DNA of 32,000 nucleotides, taken from assembly GCF_000008645.1 (NCBI RefSeq), contig NC_000916.1, positions 660,001-692,000 of the forward strand, read 5' to 3'. Each line of letters starts with the position of its first letter. The first letter of the stretch is position 1. A model generated the notes under the pieces. The model worked only from the letters and a program-made list of their open reading frames with translations, had not been told where the DNA came from and did not search any database. The translations under genes and the position numbers were made by a program. This DNA is from Methanothermobacter thermautotrophicus str. Delta H. GTDB taxonomy: Archaea; Methanobacteriota; Methanobacteria; Methanobacteriales; Methanothermobacteraceae. Shown here one piece after another: positions 25,682 to 32,000 of this stretch.

Positions 25682-26266
25682 ATGAAAAGAACCCTTGAAA
25701 ACCTTACAAAGGCCTTTATTGGTGAGAGCCAGGCAAGGAACAGGTACACCTTCTATGCCAAAATCGCCAAGAAGGAAGGATTTGAGCAGATATCCGAGAT
25801 ATTCCTGACCACGGCGGATAATGAGAGGGAGCATGCCAAGTGGCTCTTCCGCCTGATAAATGACCTCAAAAAGGAGGTCGGTGAGGACCTCAGCTCAATC
25901 GTGGTAGATGCGGAGGCTCCCCTCACACTTGGAACCACAGATGAGAACCTCATAGCAGCCATTGAGGGTGAGCACTATGAGAACAGCGAGATGTACCCTG
26001 AATTTGCTGATGTGGCAGAGGAGGAGGGATACCCTGAAATTGCAAAGAGGCTCAGAGCAATAGCCGAGGCAGAGAAACACCACGAGGAACGCTACAGAAA
26101 GCTCCTCAAGCTGGTTGAGACAGGTAAGGTTTACAGGAAGGATGAACCCGTGACCTGGGTCTGCAGAAAATGCGGCTACGTCCATGAGGGAACAGAACCA
26201 CCTGAGAAGTGTCCATCATGTGACCATCCGTCCAGATACTTCCAGGTGAAATGTGAGGACTACTGA
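25682..26266 (+). CDS. rbr: Rubrerythrin
   Basis: Four-helix diiron domain ([38 protein letters not shown]) plus a C-terminal rubredoxin-like CRKCG...CPSC. ATG 25682 is preferred over the track GTG 25673; RBS GGGTGA sits 5 nt upstream. Confidence 0.85.
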   Translation: MKRTLENLTKAFIGESQARNRYTFYAKIAKKEGFEQISEIFLTTADNEREHAKWLFRLINDLKKEVGEDLSSIVVDAEAPLTLGTTDENLIAAIEGEHYENSEMYPEFADVAEEEGYPEIAKRLRAIAEAEKHHEERYRKLLKLVETGKVYRKDEPVTWVCRKCGYVHEGTEPPEKCPSCDHPSRYFQVKCEDY

Positions 26267-26276
26267 AGGGTCACCA

Positions 26277-26651
26277 ATGACAGAAACCAACCAGATATTC
26301 AGATGCAACGTCTGCGGAAATATCGTTGAAGTCCTTAACCCCGGAGCTGGACAGCTTGTATGCTGTAATCAGCCCATGGAACTACTGGTTGCAAGAAGAA
26401 CCGATGTTGGACCAGAGAAGCATGTCCCGGTGGTCGAAGAAACCGGTACTGGCATCAGGGTTAAGGTGGGTGAGGTTCCACACCCCATGGAGGAGAACCA
26501 CCACATCCAGTGGATAGAGGTTATTGCCGGAGACATGGTCTACAGGAAGGACCTGAACCCTGGAGACAATCCAGAGGCAGAGTTCCCTGTTGAGATGGCT
26601 TCAGACTTCATGGTGAGGATCTACTGCAATATACATGGTCTCTGGTACTGA
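26277..26651 (+). CDS. dfx: Desulfoferrodoxin (2Fe superoxide reductase)
   Basis: N-terminal desulforedoxin-like CNVCGN...CCNQPM, then an SOR domain with EKHVPV, HPMEENHHIQWIE and CNIHGLW. ATG 26277 is preferred over GTG 26253, which overlaps rbr. Confidence 0.85.
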   Translation: MTETNQIFRCNVCGNIVEVLNPGAGQLVCCNQPMELLVARRTDVGPEKHVPVVEETGTGIRVKVGEVPHPMEENHHIQWIEVIAGDMVYRKDLNPGDNPEAEFPVEMASDFMVRIYCNIHGLWY

Positions 26652-26689
26652 GACACAGGATTACCTTTTTTTAGCCAGGAGGTCCCGAT

Positions 26690-27040
26690 GTGAAGATTAA
26701 GTATGCCACCATAATAGTTGATGAGATGGAGGAGTCTGTTAAATTCTACAGGGATGTGATGGGGTTCACTGTAGACAGCCATTACGATCTTGGAGCCAGC
26801 GGAGAGATAACAATCCTGAGGGGTGAAGGAGAAGCCATGGTGGAGCTGATCAAAAACCCCACCGATAAACCCGGATTCTTTTCAATAGGAATGGAGGTCG
26901 ATGACCTCGAAGCCACCCTGAATGATCTGAGATCGCGTGGAGCAAGGGTCCTTATGGAACCGACACCAATAACGGTGGGGCTCCTGGCATTCATTGAGGA
27001 CCCGAATGGAGTCCGTATAGCCCTGATTGAGCACCGTTAA
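26690..27040 (+). CDS. VOC / glyoxalase I-family protein
   Basis: 116 aa in a beta-alpha-beta-beta-beta pattern: ATIIVDEMEESVKFYRDVMGF ... GMEVDDLEATLNDLRSRGARV ... FIEDPNGVRIALIE. GTG start with RBS AGGAGGT 6 nt upstream. Confidence 0.75.
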   Translation: MKIKYATIIVDEMEESVKFYRDVMGFTVDSHYDLGASGEITILRGEGEAMVELIKNPTDKPGFFSIGMEVDDLEATLNDLRSRGARVLMEPTPITVGLLAFIEDPNGVRIALIEHR

Positions 27041-27115
27041 TCAATAAATAAATCGTCACTCTGAAACATCCTGAACCCCAAAACTTTTATTTTCCAGAAT
27101 ATAAAGAAATCCAAC

Positions 27116-27604
27116 ATGAAGCGTATCCATTTTATCAGCCTTTTAATTCTCGTTGTGGCTGTGAGTGGGTGTATAAACTCGGGAAACGGCAGCATAAACC
27201 AGCTGGTGCCCGAGATAAACGACCATATAAAGAAGGGTGACTCCTATTTCAATGAATCCGCCATTGCAGCCAACAGCTTCAAACTCGATGAGGCACTATC
27301 AAAGTGTGAACTCGCAGCTTCAGAGTACAGGTCCGCCAGGGACCTTGCATCGGAGGCCCTGGGCTATGCCAGGAACGGTGCAGACCCGGTAATTGTTAAT
27401 TACCTCGAACTCCTTGTATCTGAACTTGAGGCCAAGATAAACGCAACCATTGAACTTAAAAATGCCATCCAGATGTTCAGTATCAATGAAACAGGAAACG
27501 GTAACTCCAACATTGAAATGGCAAACAGCTACATGAGGACCGCAAAGGAGCTTGAAAGTGAAAGGATGGAAATTGTGAAAAAAAATCCGGAAAAATTCAG
27601 CTAA
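27116..27604 (+). CDS. Putative lipoprotein, helical, function unknown
   Basis: Signal peptide with a lipobox-like LILVVAVSGC. The mature part is Ala/Glu/Asn-rich and predicted helical. GC is somewhat lower than in the neighbours. Confidence 0.6.
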   Translation: MKRIHFISLLILVVAVSGCINSGNGSINQLVPEINDHIKKGDSYFNESAIAANSFKLDEALSKCELAASEYRSARDLASEALGYARNGADPVIVNYLELLVSELEAKINATIELKNAIQMFSINETGNGNSNIEMANSYMRTAKELESERMEIVKKNPEKFS

Positions 27605-27629
27605 ACGATCAGACTCATCCAAGTCATTT

Positions 27630-28829
27630 TTAATTCCCCCTTTCAACCTCCAGGAACCTCTCACCTGTCCATTTCACAGCCAGGGATCCGAGGGGTGCTG
27701 TGAAGAGGATGGCAAGTACAGCCATTGCGAGTATTGTTTCACCGGCAGCCACTCCAGCAGCAAGGGGTATTGCTCCTATAGCTGCCTGGACTGTGGCCTT
27801 TGGTATGTACGCCGATATGCAGAACACCTTCTCCTTAAGGTTAAGATCCGTTCCCTTGAGGGAGAGCAGGACACCGATACTCCTCACCATCAGTCCAGCG
27901 GTGATCACTGCAAGTCCCAGAAGGCCGACATGGAATATGAGCCTCACATCCACCTGTGCACCTACAAGGACGAAGAGTAGTATCTCCGCGAATATCCAGA
28001 CCTTGTTGAACTTCTCAGATAATTTGAGTCCAGTCTCGGGCATCCTCTCCAGGATGACAAGTCCCACCACCATGACACCCACAAGGGCGGCTATCGGGAG
28101 ATAGGTGCTAATAAGGTCCCCCATGTTCTTGAGGAGGATGGCTGCACCTAGGATTATGAGGGTTTTCTCGGTGTTCCTTATCTCAAACCTCCTGAAGAGA
28201 TATACCAGGGCAAGACCAAGTGCAAGGCCTCCAGTTATCCCCGTCAGGATTGATAGTGGAACTCCAATGGCCTCGACAAGGAGATTAACCTGCTGTCCCT
28301 GATATATGCCGAGGAATACAGAGAACAGCGTTATTGAAACAACATCATCAACTGATGCCCCCGTCAGTATAATCGTGGGTATGCCCTTGGCTGTTCCCAT
28401 CCTCCTCTCAATGAATGAGAGCATCTGGGGAACTATGACTGCCGGTGAGACTGCGGCTATAACAAAGCCCAGTATACCCGCCTCAATGATGGGAAGTCCA
28501 AGTATGTAGTGTGAGGCCACCATCACCGCAAGGCCCTCAAAGACGTCCGGGATGAAGCTCATCTTGACTGCAGTCATTCCCACCTTCCTGAGGCTCTCGA
28601 GGTTTATACCAAACCCTGCCCTCAGAAGGATTATTATGAGGGCTATAACCCTGAGGTCGGGGGATATATCCATTATGCTCTTTGATATGAGGTTCAATCC
28701 ATGGGGGCCTATAAGGATACCCAGTATCAGCATCCCCAGGATTCCCGGGAGCCTTGCCCTGGTGAAAACCCTGTTGAATAGAAGACCAAGTAGTATGATA
28801 ACAGCTACGCTAAATGCAACGTACTCCAA
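27630..28829 (-). CDS. Monovalent cation:proton antiporter (Na+/H+ exchanger family, CPA1/CPA2-type)
   Basis: About 12 TM helices. N-terminal LPGILGMLILGILIGPHGLNL is typical of Na_H_Exchanger proteins. TTG start with GGAGGT 6 nt upstream. Confidence 0.8.
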   Translation of the reverse strand: MEYVAFSVAVIILLGLLFNRVFTRARLPGILGMLILGILIGPHGLNLISKSIMDISPDLRVIALIIILLRAGFGINLESLRKVGMTAVKMSFIPDVFEGLAVMVASHYILGLPIIEAGILGFVIAAVSPAVIVPQMLSFIERRMGTAKGIPTIILTGASVDDVVSITLFSVFLGIYQGQQVNLLVEAIGVPLSILTGITGGLALGLALVYLFRRFEIRNTEKTLIILGAAILLKNMGDLISTYLPIAALVGVMVVGLVILERMPETGLKLSEKFNKVWIFAEILLFVLVGAQVDVRLIFHVGLLGLAVITAGLMVRSIGVLLSLKGTDLNLKEKVFCISAYIPKATVQAAIGAIPLAAGVAAGETILAMAVLAILFTAPLGSLAVKWTGERFLEVERGN

Positions 28830-29048
28830 ATTTATACCTCCAGTTTGAGGAAAGTTTCTCCCACATTATTATGCAGGAGTCATCAGCCAGAAAAAGCGGT
28901 TAAAGGTGGACTCCATCACCTGCAGGATGTAATTTATCTCCATATTTATCCATTATATACTTTATGAATGCTGAACATGACCTTTCAGTTAGTATAAAAA
29001 AGTGGAAAATCTCCGGGACCAGGGAATTCATGTTCCAGGAGAAGGCAT

Positions 29049-30200
29049 TTAACCAGCAGACCTGAATCCTTCAAGTCCAAGAAGAATGACCAGAGCTGCG
29101 GACTGTGTGATGATCGAGAATGCCACAAGTCCCGGTACAGAGAGTCCATAGAGGTAACTCATGATGAGGCTTCCTGAAAACCATGCCACGCCGAAGATGG
29201 TGTTAAATGTACCGTAGGCAGAGCCCCTCCTCTCCGGAGATGAGAATGCAGAAACAGCCGCCCTCATAACAGACTCCTGGGCCCCCATGCCCACACCCCA
29301 GAGTACAGCACCCATAACTGCAGCCCATGAACCTCCAAGGAATGAGAGGGGTGCATAGAACATTGAAACGAGAACCGCGAGGGCCATCACCCTGAAACCG
29401 TACCTGTCGAAGTATCTGCCAGATACCAGGGCTGAGAGGGCATCGGTGAGCATTGCGAGTGCATATATAATGGGGATGTTTGAGGGATCCAGAACACTCC
29501 TGACTCCAAGGTGATATCCGATCAGTGGGAAATCAGCATACCCCAGGGCAACGAAGCATACCGAGGCAAGGTAAAGCCAGTAAGCCCCCCTGAAATCTCT
29601 GTAATCAATTTCTCCTGATGCTTCAAGTTCAGAGGGCCTCGGGAACATGAGGTAACCGGTGACAAGTACTGCAATGGCTATAGTGGCGGGTGCCAGGAGA
29701 ACCAGGAAGCCCTCCCGGTAGCCTCCGCCGGATGCAAGAACAATGAAGACCATTAAGGGACCTGCAACTGCACCTATCTGATCCAGGGCCTCATGCAACC
29801 CGAATCCGGCTCCATGACCCATATCATAGGAGGCGTAGGATAGCATTGCATCCCTTGGTGGTGTCCTGAGGCCCTTACCGAGCCTCTCAAGTATGATCAG
29901 CAAAACCGCAACCTGCCAGTTACCTGCAAATGCAAGGAGGGGAACTGCAAGGAGGTTGATAAGGTACCCGGCAAAGGTTATGAGCCAGTACCTCCCGGTT
30001 CTATCAGAGATGTAGCCCGAGAGAAACCTCACAAGGTATCCAGATAGCTCCCCGAAACCGGCTGCAAATCCAACCATGAATGCGCTTGCACCCAGAAAAG
30101 CCAGAAATGGACCCGTTATCCCCCTACCACCCTCATAGGTCATATCAGCGAAGAGGCTCACGATTCCGAGGATTACAATGAATACCGTTGATTTCCTCAT
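29049..30200 (-). CDS. Major facilitator superfamily transporter
   Basis: 12 predicted TM helices. MFS loop motif SDRTGRYW between TM2 and TM3. 383 aa. Confidence 0.8.
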   Translation of the reverse strand: MRKSTVFIVILGIVSLFADMTYEGGRGITGPFLAFLGASAFMVGFAAGFGELSGYLVRFLSGYISDRTGRYWLITFAGYLINLLAVPLLAFAGNWQVAVLLIILERLGKGLRTPPRDAMLSYASYDMGHGAGFGLHEALDQIGAVAGPLMVFIVLASGGGYREGFLVLLAPATIAIAVLVTGYLMFPRPSELEASGEIDYRDFRGAYWLYLASVCFVALGYADFPLIGYHLGVRSVLDPSNIPIIYALAMLTDALSALVSGRYFDRYGFRVMALAVLVSMFYAPLSFLGGSWAAVMGAVLWGVGMGAQESVMRAAVSAFSSPERRGSAYGTFNTIFGVAWFSGSLIMSYLYGLSVPGLVAFSIITQSAALVILLGLEGFRSAG

Positions 30201-30246
30201 GATGGTACTCCCTTCAACAAGATTTCCTCAGCATGCGAGCAGTGTT

Positions 30247-31017
30247 TCACCATCCATGAATACTGGCCAGCATGTAAATTGCCCTGTAGGTGTACTCCGG
30301 TTCAGATATCCCCATATAGACGGACCTCCTGAAACCACCATCGGGATTCCTTATTTTCATTATAAACCGTGTGACATCACTCACCTTACCCCTCAGGATC
30401 TCATTGATGCGGAACCCCGAATGGACGGTTTCAATGTATGGTGGATATGATATGGGTGTGAAGTTCCAGGCACCATCCGAGAAGCAGGAGTCTGTGAACT
30501 GAAGGACCTCATCGCCCGGAATCTTCATGCCATGGCCGTTGAGTATCTCAAGGGCAAAGCGGGTGTTGATTATATCTGAACCATAGGCACCGAATCCCCC
30601 ATCCTCATTCTGAATTGAGAGGACCCATTCCGGTATTTCATCAAGGTATTCCCCATGCATCCTGAGGACGGAGTCCATGTAGAAGGTTATCTCAAGGCTT
30701 GATTTCCTGTATGATGTCCTCAGCATCTCAGTGAATTTCTCAGGTATTTCAAAGTTCCTGCCATAATCCCTGAGGATACTGCACCTGTAGAAGAGTCCCT
30801 GGGCAGCGAAGGTCCCTCCCCTGTGGACATCCTCGAGCCAGTCCAGGGTCTCCTCAAGCCGGGGCGGCTCATGGTCAAGGACCTCGAAGGACCTGATGGC
30901 ATAGTAGGTGTTCTTTGAATCTGGCAGTCCCTCATAGAGTGTGTAACCGCCGCTGGAATGTCTCCTTTTATTGAGAAAACTTATGACCGAATTTTTCAGT
31001 GCTGGGGGATCAAACAT
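30247..31017 (-). CDS. Prenyltransferase/squalene-oxidase-repeat (alpha/alpha toroid) protein, function unknown
   Basis: Repeated SSGGY / EDGGFGAY / PDGGFRR motifs about 45-50 aa apart, as in prenyltransferase beta-subunit repeats. RBS GGGAGGT. A 46-nt gap to the downstream MFS gene suggests an operon. Confidence 0.6.
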   Translation of the reverse strand: MFDPPALKNSVISFLNKRRHSSGGYTLYEGLPDSKNTYYAIRSFEVLDHEPPRLEETLDWLEDVHRGGTFAAQGLFYRCSILRDYGRNFEIPEKFTEMLRTSYRKSSLEITFYMDSVLRMHGEYLDEIPEWVLSIQNEDGGFGAYGSDIINTRFALEILNGHGMKIPGDEVLQFTDSCFSDGAWNFTPISYPPYIETVHSGFRINEILRGKVSDVTRFIMKIRNPDGGFRRSVYMGISEPEYTYRAIYMLASIHGW

Positions 31018-31119
31018 TCATAACCTCCCTCTCAGGGCACACAAATATATATGGATTCCAGTTTAATATAATAAACCTAACATTTATCATTTAAATAAAT
31101 CGTTTCTATGAGGAATACC

Positions 31120-32000
31120 ATGATTCAGTCATGTAATGAATGTAAGGGTAAAGGTTACCGTGTTAAGAGTTACAAGATATGCAGCGCATGCCATGGAACA
31201 GGTTTCAGATCAACAGAGGATATAAAGGATCATTTCAAGGGTGTTTCAAACAGTGCAAGGCAGAGGTTCGACCTCGAGGACTCCCATGAGGTCCCCTGTG
31301 AGGTATGCAGGGGTAAGGGTGAGGTGGAGGTGAGGGAAACCTGCCCCACCTGTGGCGGTAAGGGTGAGGTTAACATCTGCCCATCATGTGGAAGGATGAT
31401 GAAGGGTAGGGATGAGTACTGCCCGGAATGTCAGAAGAAGGAGAAGGTCTACATCCTCCACCCTGCATGCACAATGGACGACCTCGAGGTTGGAAGCATA
31501 TACCGTGGGAAGATAACCAGGGTTGAAAAATATGGGGTCTTTGTGAGCCTCAACAGCCACGTCTGGGGACTCATGAGGGGATTGTTCCCAGACTACAAGG
31601 TGGGGGATGAACTATTCGTCAGGGTATCCCAGGTGAAACCCTACAAGGGCGAGGTGGACATGATCCCGGCCAGTATAAAGGGGCCCTACGAGGTTATCAA
31701 GTTAAAGAAGGACCTGCCAAGGACGAGGATAGCAGACATAGATACAAAGAGCCTTGGTAAAACCGTGCGGATAGTGGGGGAGGTCATTCAGATCCAGCAG
31801 ACATCCGGTCCAACCATATTCACGGTATCCGATGAAACCGGGACCACATGGGCTGCGGCCTTCGATGAGCCAGGTATAAGGGTCTACCCCCACATACAGA
31901 TCGGCCACATAGTTGAGGTTATAGGAGAGGTTAACCAGCACACAGGAAAGATTCAGATCGAATCCGAGTCAATTGAACGCCTCATAGGTAATGAAGCTGC
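31120..32000 (+). CDS. Multidomain nucleic-acid-binding protein (4x CxxCxGxG DnaJ-type Zn finger, zinc ribbon, S1 domain, OB fold), N-terminal part only; possibly the archaeal RecJ/DHH-type nuclease
   Basis: My own translation; the frame is open to the window end. It shows CNECKGKG, CSACHGTG, CEVCRGKG and CPTCGGKG, then CPSCG..CPEC. The S1-like segment is GSIYRGKITRVEKYGVFVSL. The OB-like segment is GKTVRIVGEVIQIQQTSGPTIFTVSDETGT. An in-frame ATG at 31108 is an alternative start. The catalytic domain is not visible. Confidence 0.55.
   Translation, partial: MIQSCNECKGKGYRVKSYKICSACHGTGFRSTEDIKDHFKGVSNSARQRFDLEDSHEVPCEVCRGKGEVEVRETCPTCGGKGEVNICPSCGRMMKGRDEYCPECQKKEKVYILHPACTMDDLEVGSIYRGKITRVEKYGVFVSLNSHVWGLMRGLFPDYKVGDELFVRVSQVKPYKGEVDMIPASIKGPYEVIKLKKDLPRTRIADIDTKSLGKTVRIVGEVIQIQQTSGPTIFTVSDETGTTWAAAFDEPGIRVYPHIQIGHIVEVIGEVNQHTGKIQIESESIERLIGNEA

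Overview
This window reads as core chromosome of a Methanothermobacter-like methanogenic archaeon with a pseudomurein wall. GC is about 50%, ribosome-binding sites are GGTGA/GGAGGT, TATA boxes are A/T-rich, GTG/TTG starts are frequent, and several gene junctions are coupled (ATGA or stop-ATG). The taxon call rests on my recognition of the proteins and gene order, not on a search.

I call 33 protein genes (two cut by the window edges), one tRNA-Thr(CGU), and several promoter- or terminator-like elements. I found no rRNA, CRISPR array, IS element, integrase or recognisable defence island.

Gene order, left to right:
- PAN proteasome ATPase (partial), then aMBF1.
- A minus-strand operon of three uncharacterised genes: a bitopic protein, an exported and anchored protein, and a small protein.
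- A pseudomurein-type cell-wall cluster: Mur ligase, MraY-like transferase, ATP-grasp ligase.
- NikR, a PRMT-like methyltransferase and a hydrogenase maturation protease.
- CBS and wHTH proteins.
- An HhH-GPD glycosylase-like gene, an Fe-S protein, hemB, a CitG-like gene and pheS.
- AIM24-like, aroC, ThrE-like and tRNA-Thr.
- An MBL hydrolase and a DUF2121/Connectase-like protein.
- A DUF255 thioredoxin-domain protein and CopB.
- Rubrerythrin, desulfoferrodoxin and a VOC protein.
- A lipoprotein, a Na+/H+ antiporter, an MFS transporter and a prenyltransferase-repeat protein.
- A Zn-finger/S1/OB protein (partial).

Main things worth a second look:
1. Five conserved genes, including two cell-wall genes, have frames broken by single-nucleotide indels, mostly at short C/G runs.
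2. The uncharacterised exported-protein operon directly downstream of the pseudomurein ligase cluster includes a bitopic protein with a POTRA/FtsQ-like sequence pattern.
3. NikR-type inverted repeats and a shared TATGACTTT element lie in the nikR/CBS divergent promoter region.
4. A 430-bp ORF-free region beside tRNA-Thr carries its own TATA box, repeats and terminators.
5. A 7-N4-7 palindrome sits on the rubrerythrin/desulfoferrodoxin promoter.

I did not find a clearly novel multi-gene system. Function assignments are motif-level recognition without any database search.
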